Of a DNA stretch of 64,000 nucleotides, positions 13,766-24,752 are shown piece after piece. Position 1 is the first letter of the stretch; every line of letters starts with the position of its first letter. Under the pieces are notes generated by a model that searched no databases, was not told the origin of the DNA, and worked only from the letters and a program-made list of their open reading frames with translations. The stretch lies in assembly GCA_001179505.1 (NCBI GenBank), contig CDMY01000947.1, positions 62,001-126,000 on the forward strand, read 5' to 3'. Made by a program: the position numbers and the translations under genes. This DNA is from Vitrella brassicaformis CCMP3155. Taxonomy: Eukaryota > Protista > Chromerida.

Positions 13766-15591
13766 TCACTGTGTGGGTGAGGCTGCCGCCTCCTCCGTCT
13801 CGCCCAGCCACTTGACGCGCCGGCCCTCAGACCACAGCGCCAACCGAGAGGAACCGTTCTTCAGATAATAGCGGCCCTGCGCGCACACACACACACACAC
13901 GTGCATACAAAGGGCCGACTGGTGCTGCTGGTACGTGTGTGAAGGCCGACGTACCTGGCCATCCTGCTTGCCGTCCTTCCAGTATCCCTCGTATCGCCGG
14001 CCGTCCGCCCACACGAAGATGCCAAAGCCCTCCTGTGCATCGACAGACGGGCCGAGACACGCATGTGGTTTCTGGAGTGTTGTCTGGCAGCTGTCACTGA
14101 CCTTTTTGTCCTGCGAGTAGGATCCCTCGTAGCTGCGCCCGTCGGCCCAGAGGTACAAGCCGGTGCCGTGCATGACGCTGCCCTTCCACTCGCCCTGACG
14201 CCATCACACAGAGAGGGCGAAATGGTGTGTATAGACGCGGTGTTTGGGGCCGTCCCATAGGCACCTACCTTGAAGTGCCTGCCGTCTTTGCCCTGATAGA
14301 CGCCGTAGCCGTTGATCTTGTTGGCGCGCCACTGGCCCTTGTAGGAGCTGCCGTCGGCCCAGTGGTACACGCCATAGCCATTCTGCCAACCAACACACAG
14401 ACACCGACACACCGAGACACATGGAGAGTGGCACATTGCGTCAATCAGTCAATGCGACGATTGTGTGACCTTCTTTCCTCCGTGGAATTCGCCTTTACAC
14501 ATGCATGGAAAAATCGCATCGACATAGGTATGGGTACAGGTCATTTGTGTAGGGTTCTTTTGGTCTTGGCATCTCTGTGTATGGGTCGTGTTTTACCCTC
14601 GTAGACGGAGCCCTCGCCCCATGTCTCCACGCCATAGCCCTCCTGCACACATCCATCCATCCATCCATCCATGGGGGTGTGTGTGTGTGTGTGTGTCTCC
14701 TCCCTCCCTCCGTCTCTCTCTCTCTTTGTCGTGTCGTCTTGCCTGGACGTCCTGCTTCCACTGGCCCATGTAGCAGGTGGTGCTCTTGTGGTAGTACAGA
14801 CCGCTGCCGGACGCCTATATGCACAAACAGACCAGTACACACACACACGTATAGGAAACACGACACACACCCGTCTCCCCTCCCTGCCTGCCTCTTGACC
14901 CGTGTGTCTCTCTTATCCCTACTGACCACGTTGTTTTCCCATTGGCCGATATAGACGTCCTTATCCCAGTGGAGGAACTTGCCCATTCCGTTGGCCTTGT
15001 CCTCGGCCCACTCGCCCTCAAACTCAGCCCCGTCAGCCCACACCATCCGCCCAAACCCGTGCCTCTGGTTGCCGCGCCACTGGCCCTCGTACGTCGCCCC
15101 CGTCGCGAACCGGTGCTCGGGGTGGCTCTCGACCACCGACGAGTTCTTGTTGTCCATCGCTCGCAGCTCCGCCACCTCTCTCTCAAAGTAGTTCACCTGT
15201 CCACAATCACGTGTGACACACATAAATTAAATCACTGCAGAGGAGTCTTCCTGCTTCTTCTTTTTTTATCGTCACATACCGTCATGCCGGCCGTGGCCTC
15301 TGCCCTTGAGACCACCTGCTGCTGACTCATGGCCGCCCTGCTATCGGGCGAAATGCCTCCTGCCATGGGGGACACGCCGCCCGCCGCCATCGGTGAGGCG
15401 TCGGCAGGGTGCAGTGTGGCGGCGTGCTGCGATTCCGGGAAGAGCTGGGCGGTCCCCTCGCCGCCCGTGGGCATGCCGGGCGGCTGCAGGAGGTTGGAAG
15501 CGCCCGGCACGTACTCGCCTGAGCTGTCGGCTTCGTTTTTCTTGGCCGTTTCTCTGTCACAGCCACACGGGGAAGAGCTGCACACGCCCAT
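13766..15591 (-). CDS. MORN-repeat protein with probable N-terminal acylation; multi-exon
   Basis: Repeated YxGxWxxxxxxGxG units (YEGQWRGNQRHGFG, FEGEWAEDKANGMG, YKGQWRANKINGYG, YEGYWKDGKQDGQG); starts MGVCSSSPCGC. Confidence 0.9.
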
Positions 15592-15889
15592 GACTGGTGA
15601 AGCTGCCAGCAGCGATACGAAAGAGGGCTATTTGCAATGCGGATCGAAGAGTCCCGACGAGTCGGCTCTCTGGGTTCGCGGGGTCAAAGGGTAAGCGAGC
15701 TCAGCCCGCAGAACTCGTTGGGCTCCTTTCTCAAATCCACCCATTCTGATCCCCTGCGGCGTGCGAAGAGCGGCAGTTTCGAGAAACCGCCTCCCCCCTT
15801 ACTTCAGAGCCACCGCGATGCTCGCACTGTGAGCACCAGTTGATGGTGGAAAGCACCCCCCTCGTCGTCTGAAAGCAGCGCGGATCAGC
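15592..15889. promoter_or_regulatory. Putative bidirectional promoter (MORN / RRM-like gene)
   Basis: About 300 bp between divergent ATGs; inference only. Confidence 0.5.
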
Positions 15890-18800
15890 ATGTCCAACCC
15901 AGGCAATGACAGCAGAAGCAGCCAATCCGTCAGCCCTCGGGACGCCAAATCAGCAGAGCGCCCTGACGGAAAGCGCCAGAATGGCAAAAGGGGTGAGAGG
16001 AGAGGCACACACACACCACAGACGACTGACTAGAGGGGGAGGGGAGTGGTGCACAAGCAGGGGTGGGGTGGCTGACCCACACATGACTGCTGCTATCTTG
16101 CTGTTTGTGAATTCTGCAGTGTGGACGTGGCCGGAGAATATAAGTGTTCGGGCGGCGGGCGATGAGGTCTGTGCCCGGCTGGGCGTGTTTGTCCGCTACA
16201 CACCACAGAAATGGTCAGACCAACGCTAACGCACACAACCACACACACATACTCACGCTTTGGTGCGTGTGGTTGTGGTGTGTGCAATGGCAATGTCTGT
16301 CTGTGGTCCACAGGGGTGACGATGAGCTGCGCGAGTTTTTGGAGAAGTACTTCGCCGCCATCTCGCCGCAGACCGGTGTGCCCGTGCCCAAGATATGTGC
16401 CTCCTGGTGAGCATAGCGGCCCTGCAGTGCACACACACACACACACACACATGGCACACGATCTCTCACACACAGGGGAGGGGATGGTCCTTGAGGTGTG
16501 TATGTCTGTGGCGTGTCGTGTGCGATTTTGTGTGTGTCCTGCAGGTGCACCAAGTACAACCCGATAGGCACTGTCGGCTGTTTCGACGAGCAGGCCCGCA
16601 ACTATTTGCTCTCTGTCGGAGAGATCCCCATCAAGGTCTGCGAGCAGCAACCAGACCGATGGATGGATGTGTACCGTCCTCTGCCCGTGTGTGTGTGTGT
16701 TTGTGCGTCAGGATATCGAGGACATTGTGGACCGTGACAAAGATTCCTCGATCGCCCGCCTCGGCGACAACAACGGCGACAGCATGCAGTTCGCCCCCTA
16801 CAGGGGCCAGTCACGGTGGGCGAGGGAGAGCCAGCTGAGGAAGGGAGGGATCTTGGTCACCACTCGTGTGTCATGGTGCCTAGTGTGGTGGGTGCGTTCT
16901 GCAGGGAGAGCAAGGTGTGTTTGTTCGAGAGCTCCAACTGTGCCGAGGCCCTTCGCACTGACTCGGAGCAGCTCTACACCTACCTCGAGTATTGCCGCGT
17001 CAATGGTCAGTCAAGACACCATTTCCATTCCACACACACGTGCCCCATGCCATGTGTGTGGTGTGTGTGTGTGTGTTGGGTGGGTGCAGTGACGTGGCCG
17101 ATTGGGAGGTCTGTCGATGACGTGTCTGACGAGCTCCTCAGGAGCACACTCGTTGTCAGGGTCAAGAACACCCCCAAGAAATGGTATGCTCCGCCAGGCC
17201 CGTCCGTCCCCACCCAACCGCACGCACCCGCACTCTCCCCCTCCCTCCCTCTTTGTCTGTTGGTGTATATCAGGGACGCCGATTCCCTGCGCATATACCT
17301 CCGCGACTACTTCTACCGCTTCCTGTGCGAGAGCGGCCTCCCCCCACCCATCATCGCGTCGGTCGCCACACCCAAACCCACCACCACCCCCACAGACACA
17401 CCCAACAGTGAGACCAGCACCGCCGCTAACACAACAACCGCCACAACAGCCCTGATAGCGTGTCACGACGACAAGTCCCGCGACCGACTGCTGTCGTTCA
17501 AGCACATCCCTCTGCCGAGCGAGTGGGAAGACGCCAACAGGGCTGACGGGATGGGGGCGTTTCTGCGAGTGGAGGGGTGGGTGGAGGGGAGTGGGGCGGG
17601 GGGCAAGGTGGCCAAGGACTGGCGCGACCTCATGCCGCCCAGGTTCGCCGTGCCGGCCATGGTGCGAGGTACGTATGTGAGCCATGCAGTCGTGGTCTGG
17701 TGTGCGCAGACGGCTCTCGATATGGCCTATGTTGTGTGTGTGCTGTGTGCTGTGCGTGTCAGCCCCCGTGTTTGCGATTGACTCCAAGGTGACTTTGGCC
17801 AGACTGGACACGGTGAACAAACAGCGGCTGTGCGTGACGATCAAGAACATTCCCGATACGTGGTACTCACGGCACACGGCGGAGGAAGACAGGAACCAAA
17901 GGCAAGCCCATTGTTGTTGTGTGTGTGTCGTTGGTGTGTGTGGTGGTCAGGAATGCGTATCAGGTGGACCGTTTCATGGAGGACTACTTCACTCAGCTGC
18001 GCAGACAGTACGGCTTCGTCCCGCCACGCATCCGCCAGACCGTCAAAGAAAGTCAGTGAGGGACAGACACCATGAGCATCAAACACACACACAGAGGTGT
18101 GTCTGTGCCTGTGTGAACAAACAGGTCCTGTTCGTGCGTCGACACTGTGCGAGGACGAAGTCTCGCGGCACCGTCTGCTGGCCCTGCGGGTGCTGTATCT
18201 GCCAGACGAGGAGTTGCGACACCGCAATCGGAAGTTCCCCCCCTTCATAGTCATAGAGCCCTACACCGACCCGGACACCGTCCAGGCCACGTGAGCTGCC
18301 TCCACGCACCCACCCCCACACACAAACCGTCATTGTCTGAGCGTCTGTGTGTGTGTGTGTTGATGCGTGTGTGCAGGCCGCCGTCACAGCGCGAGGAGGG
18401 CGAGCTCAGCCAGCGGCACAGTGGCAACGGTGCCGGCTCGTCTCAAGAGAGTTACGCGTGCAGACACTCCAGGGAGGAGGGCGAGGAGCAGGAGCACCGA
18501 GAGATCGCCAAGCTCATCGACAACGGCAATGGCACTGAGCAGACGGCAAAGGCGCTGGCAGACAAAGACGAAGACAAAGACGACAACAAGAAGAGCGGCT
18601 CATCGCCAAAAGGTCAGCTGAATGCATGTGTGTGTGTGTGAGAGAGAGAGAGAGTGTCTGTGTGTGTGGACGTGACATGTGGATGTGTTGTGGGTGTGTG
18701 TGTGTGGGTCAGTGTCTTCTAACGGTGATCGTGTGTTGGTGTGGCCGAAGAAAGTGGCCGTGAGGGACGTCTCCGACACGCACATTCGCGACCGGCTCTG

Positions 18801-19301
18801 CGCCATTCTCGTCAACAAACCGCTCGGCTGGTCAGCCAGCCACACTCACCCCGCCACCCACACAACTGGCTGCTCTCTCTCTCTCTCTGTGCGTGTTAAC
18901 AGGGATTACTTGAGTGTCAAGCAGCTCCTGAAGTCCTCCCTGCCCACGGACATCGAAATCGCATCCGTGCAAGCCTACCGGTGAGCCTTTATCACACACC
19001 CNNNNNNNNNNNNNNNNNNNNNNNNNNNNNNNNNNNNNNNNNNNNNNNNNNNNNNNNNNNNNNNNNNNNNNNNNNNNNNNNNNNNNNNNNNNNNNNNNNN
19101 NNNNNNNNNNNNNNNNNNNNNNNNNNNNNNNNNNNNNNNNNNNNNNNNNNNNNNNNNNNNNNNNNNNNNNNNNNNNNNNNNNNNNNNNNNNNNNNNNNNN
19201 NNNNNNNNNNNNNNNNNNNNNNNNNNNNNNNNNNNNNNNNNNNNNNNNNNNNNNNNNNNNNNNNNNNNNNNNNNNNNNNNNNNNNNNNNNNNNNNNNNNN
19301 N

Positions 19302-19332
<31 letters not shown>

Positions 19333-21043
19333 ACACACCACTTCACCCAGGCGCATCGTGTGTGTGTGTGGGTGGATACAGTGACAAGTCTTTCGCCGTT
19401 CTGGCGTGTCACGACGAGGCGTCACGGGAGAAGCTGCTCAAGCTGGGCCGCATCCCGCTGTCCTCCGAGACCGCCGGGGCCAACGAGCGCCACGGACTCG
19501 CTACCCACGCAGAGTTCCGACCCTACTCCAGAGACCATGTTTCATCGCTCGCAGCCCCCAACAAGTCCGTGAGCATGCAGACACCAGCTTGATTCACTGG
19601 TGGATGGATGGATGGATGTGTGTGGGCTGCTTCAGGTACACCCCGAACGAGCACGACGACCGAGACCAGAGGTGGTATGAGCGGCTCCGACCCCAGCAGC
19701 AGCAGCACCAGCAGCAGCAGCGGCCCTCGTCAGGCCGCGGAGGCTCCGGCAGGCTCTTCTCGCCCCCCTCCCCGCCGTCCCCTTTGGCCCGACGTCGTGG
19801 GTCCTCGCGGCGGTCGCTGTCACGCAGCGGCTCATCGCGCTCTCCATCTCGGTTGAGGTCGAGGTCTCGATCGCTGAGGCGGTCTCGGTCGCGGTCCCGG
19901 ACGCCCCCCAAGCGCAGGGACACTCGGGGCAGAGGAGACCGCCGGAGCGTCACACCCCTCTCCGGTGAGTACACCAGGGAGAACAGCACAGCTCGCGGAC
20001 AGCTTGGTGTGGTGGGGTGTTCAGACCGCCGCGCCGTGGCCGTATCGGGCAAAGGTGGCAGTGGTGGGGGTGGGGGTGATGGCAACTCGCCCGGCTTCAT
20101 CGGTGCCAAGGAGGCGGAGCAGCCCTACGAGGAGCAGCTGGTGGCGTATTTGCGGACTAGGCAGGGCCCGATACGGCTGGTCGAGCTGGACAACGCTGTC
20201 CCGCGCCCGCCCAACACCAAGGTGGACCTATACACCTTCGTCAGGTCCAAACCACACACCTTCAAGCTCGGCGGAGGTCGGTGGGCGGCACACACGTCCC
20301 CCCAACCCACACACACACACTTCACACACTCGTGTGTGTGTGATGCATGTTGTGTGGCTGCAGCGGGGACGATTGAGCTGGCCGCCACGAAAGGCAGCAG
20401 CAACAAGGAAAACGCCCCCAAGCAGCCCCGCAAGCGCACCGCCGACAGCGGGAAGCCCATCGACAGCGGCCACACGGCCAAGAGGGGCAGGGGCGAGGGG
20501 AGGGAGACCGACCAGAACCACAGCAACGGCAACCAAGATTGCGTCGCCAAGGCACAGCCAAATAGTGTGTTGGCCAACGGCTACGGTAGGGAGAGCGGTC
20601 GTGTTGGCGAGTTGGAGCGAGAGGTGGCCGAGTGGAAGAAGCTGGCCGACGATAGACAGGTGGGCTGGGTGGCTGGCTGGCTGGGCTGAGGAGAGGAGAG
20701 TGGTCATGGGATGGGCGGGATGTGGCTGTCTGTCTGTGTGTGCAGAAGGACATAGTGAAGCTGACGGTCAAGGTTGAGTACCTCGAGCAGCAGTAAGGAC
20801 ACAACACAACACAACACAAGACATCACAACAAACAGACCCCCGGCTCCCCTGCCACCCAAGTAGTCAATGTGTGTCCACTATTGCACTGCAGGTTAGAGA
20901 AGAAGGAGAACAAGATCCACGAGCTCATCGCCAAAGGCGCGTCGGCGTCTGGCGGCGCAGTGGCTGCTGCTGTCTGCAATGGCGTGGCCGACGTCAACGC
21001 ACCTGCACCCAGCTACACGCCGCCCAAGACCGAGACGACCTGA
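15890..21043 (+). CDS. Protein with four divergent RRM-like repeats, RS domain, winged-helix-like segment and C-terminal coiled coil; multi-exon
   Basis: Four repeats of the form VxVKNxPxxW|...helix...A(L/V)(I/L)ACHDxxSRxxLLxLxxIPL; RS tract RSRSRSLRRSRSRSRTPP; YEEQLVAYLRTRQGPIRLVEL segment; stop 21041-21043. Confidence 0.7.
19002..19301. other. Assembly gap (300 N), intronic, followed by poly-C
   Basis: 300 N; lies between donor TAC CG|gtgag and acceptor tacag|T GAC AAG. Confidence 1.
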
Positions 21044-22248
21044 TAGATACCAGCGACACTGACACCGCCGACACACACACCGACGGACGTACGCCAACCC
21101 ACACGCGGCAATGGCAGCCCACACACGCGGAGAGCACCGCTCTCTCTTTCTCTCTGTGTCTGTGTTTGTGTGTGGTTGTCAGATCCATCCATCCATCCGT
21201 TCAGCGGCGCAAGTGATGCATGACTGTGCTCTACTCAAGCCTTCTTCTTTCAGATGTGCTATAGCCGAGCCTGACGGACCGATAGCTAGACAGACGCCCT
21301 CACACACAAGGAGAGGTCGTTCGCTGCAGAGAGAGAGAGAGAGAGAGGCTGCAGAGAGAGAGAGAGAGGTTGGGGAAGTGTGAAGGAGGTTGGAACAACA
21401 TGTTTATATTTGTCCCCACGCGGCACAGTGAGGTGTGGTGTGGCGGGGTGTGGCGAGGTTGGGTTGGGTGTGCAGGCTTGACTTAAGGCGGCTTTTAGAT
21501 GACATAGGACGGATGCGGACACAGGCGTGGCTGGCTGATGTAACATAATGCACATATGTAGTCAGAGGCATGCTGGCTGTTGGTTGAGACATCCGATCCA
21601 CAGCCGTCCATTCGGCCGTCTGTCCATTTCGCACACTCCCTGTCCTGTCTCCAGCCGCTGTGCGTGTGGGCGGCAACAGACGCGCGCGTACACACGTCTG
21701 CCATTGCCCACAAAACAGACGACGCAGACAAAGCAGACAGCTCGGCGCAAAGTACAATCAGACCAGTATCAACCACACGACACACGACATGTCTTTCCTG
21801 TCTGTCTGTCTGTCTGTCTCTTCCTTGCCCGGCTGGCTGACAGAGCTGGCCCCAGGCCCCCCCTTGCGGATGCCATCTGCCACGTAACCCGACCATGTCG
21901 ATGGTTGACATGGTCGAGAAGCGTCGCAGGTGTGCTCGAGAGGGTCTGACCAGGGGCTGCCCTCCATCCGCACACTCATTCGACCACACAACGCATGGAA
22001 TGGGGGGGAGAGAGAGAGAAAGAGAGAGATAAGAGTGCTGTCGGTGGCCACGGTTTGTCCAAGCGTCTGCGCCTCCTCAAGCGACTGTGTCTCATGAAGC
22101 TGTACCTTATGCATGTGCCACAGCTGCTCGAGGTCACGCAAACGAACGGAACACACGGTGGGTGGCCACGCGAGCAGTGGACACGAATACATCTCACTCA
22201 TGCACGACGACTGTACACCATCACGTGCTATACATACGTACGCCTATC

Positions 22249-24474
22249 TCATGCAGTCGCCTCTTTCGGCCGCACATCCACATCCTCGAGCGTCCGCACT
22301 ATCAGCTGGTTGGGGGGCGGGTCGCTGACACATACGACACACACACACACACACACATCATGGCTTGAGAGCGCGTCACTTGTGTGTGTGTGTGCGCGCG
22401 TGTGTGTGTGTGCTGCCGCTGCCTTACTCTTTGAAGCCTTCCTCCCACTGGTAGGACACCGATATGGCCAGCCGCGTCCCGTCGGCAGAGAACGACAGGC
22501 TCGACACACTGACACACACACACAGAGACGGCGCACACACATCACATCCNNNNNNNNNNNNNNNNNNNNNNNNNNNNNNNNNNNNNNNNNNNNNNNNNNN
22601 NNNNNNNNNNNNNNNNNNNNNNNNNNNNNNNNNNNNNNNNNNNNNNNNNNNNNNNNNNNNNNNNNNNNNNNNNNNNNNNNNNNNNNNNNNNNNNNNNNNN
22701 NNNNNNNNNNNNNNNNNNNNNNNNNNNNNNNNNNNNNNNNNNNNNNNNNNNNNNNNNNNNNNNNNNNNNNNNNNNNNNNNNNNNNNNNNNNNNNNNNNNN
22801 NNNNNNNNNNNNNNNNNNNNNNNNNNNNNNNNNNNNNNNNNNNNNNNNNGGGGGAAGGGGCCTCCGAGTCCTTACGATGATTTGAGGTCCGGTATCTTCC
22901 ATAGCCTCTTCTTGACCCGCCCGTCCCACACCGACACCATGCCGTCGCCACCACCAGACGCAAAAGTGCCGTGGCTGCAGCATATGCATCACCGACAAGC
23001 AGCGAACGATACACACAGACAGATGAGCCCATCCATCCAACCATATGTTCGTGTGATTGATGCCGCCCGCATATAATTGCATTTACATGCCGTGGAAGGC
23101 GAGAGCATGGACGGGGTAGACCGTCTCGACGTTGTCCACTGTTTTGCGGTGGCATTTGAATGCATATTCGTTGGCCTGGGACTCGGCGCTCTGGTCGAAG
23201 TAGTGCCACGCAATGCGACCCTCAGTCGACGACAGGGCATACCCTGCACCACACACAAACGAGACGAGACAAGACAAGACAAGAATGCACTAGGTGTCTT
23301 GACACACAGCTACCTTTGCCATCGGGGAAGCACCGCAGACACCTGAACTGAAACTTCAGAGGCTGGCTGCACACACACAGTCGGAGAGGAGAGGGACAGG
23401 ACAGGGGCGAGCCCGTGCCATTGTCTGTCTGTCTGTCTGTCTGTATCTCCGTGTGTCATGCCGTTGTGCTCCCTCGACTCACTCTCGTGTGGTTTGTGGC
23501 TGTGCGAGGTTTCTGCTGTCGTAGATGAGCAGCTGCTTCTTGGAGGTGCCCACCACCACACGGTCGTCCGTCACATCCAACACATACACCTGCACACCAC
23601 ACCACGGCACAGCACAGCACACTACCCATCGTCGAACGCACACCACACCACACCTGCACACACGCCCTCCGTTTGGTGTGGTGTGTGTCTGTAGTCTTGC
23701 CTTGCCGTCAACTTGCATGTCCGCGGTGCACGTCTTTGTCCTGACAATACACACACGCACACACGTGAGCCTTTCTCGCGCCATCTTGCGTGCAGAAGGA
23801 CCATCCATCGCCCTCTCCCTCCCTGTCTGTCCGACTCACGAACTAACTCCCCGCCCCTACCGTACCGTGTGTCCCATGCCTTGACGGTGCCGTCCCACGA
23901 CCCCGAGAGCACCAGCCCGGTGCTCTTCTGGTGACGCAACACGCGCACCGCCTCCCTGTGATGGCCGATCACACTCTCCTCCCCGGCCACGAAGTCGTAG
24001 CCCAACACCTTGGTCGACAAACCGCCGGACACGCACTTCTGCACACACACATACACACACATGGAGGGAGAGAGGGTGAGAGGGGGATGCCGCGTGAGCA
24101 TCTGCATGTGACTCGGCCGGCACATGGGTGTCAATAAGCTGACCTGTGAGTCGGTGAGGAAGGTGCAGTCGAGCACAGCGTGCTTGTGCTCGTGCACGCC
24201 CTTAAGCTGGTCAGCTGCAGTGTCGTAGATCCGCACCTTCTGCACACACCACACCACACGACACATGCATCCCTCTGCAGCGATTGTTGATCTCTCTCTC
24301 TCTCCCCTGCCACGTATCGTATACACACGCACACGTGCTGTGCTCACATACCGCGTCCCAGGAGGACACGAGGAGGGAGTAGTCGCCGGGAACCGGCGCG
24401 AAGGTCACGTTGGTGACGGCATCTTGCGGAGGCTGGGAGATCTCCACTGACGCCGACTGGCTGCTGTCAGCCAT
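22249..24474 (-). CDS. BUB3: Mitotic checkpoint WD40 protein BUB3; multi-exon
   Basis: ISQPPQDAVTNVTF...LLVSSWD, SGSWDGTVKAWD, YALSSTEGRIA...EYAFKCHR...VYPVHALAFH, VSSLSFSADGTRLAISVSY. Confidence 0.9.
22550..22849. other. Assembly gap (300 N), within a BUB3 intron
   Basis: 300 N. Confidence 1.
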
Positions 24475-24752
24475 CTCTCCGCCTACCTAACGCATGCACC
24501 TCTGAATGGTGCCGTCTTCCTTCCTGCTCAAAAGCAGCAGCGATTTTAGGCAGTACCCTAGGCGTCCAGAAAGGCATGCTCTGAGTCAGATCTGACAGAC
24601 TCACGGCAGCGTGACGAGAAGGGACGGCTGGTGAGGATATCACATCAGAAGCCATAGAGCTGATTACACGAGCATCTTTGTGCGCCATGTCTGTCTGTGC
24701 GGACCGGATCTGCAGATCAGATCTCTTTGCGCTTGCAGAAGGTGTGACTCAT
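24475..24752. promoter_or_regulatory. Putative bidirectional promoter (BUB3 / PLAA)
   Basis: 278 bp between divergent ATGs; inference only. Confidence 0.5.

Noticed and set aside
21890-21916. 10-bp perfect hairpin CGACCATGTC...GACATGGTCG
   Set aside because: One such stem is expected by chance in 64 kb; no RNA-family features.
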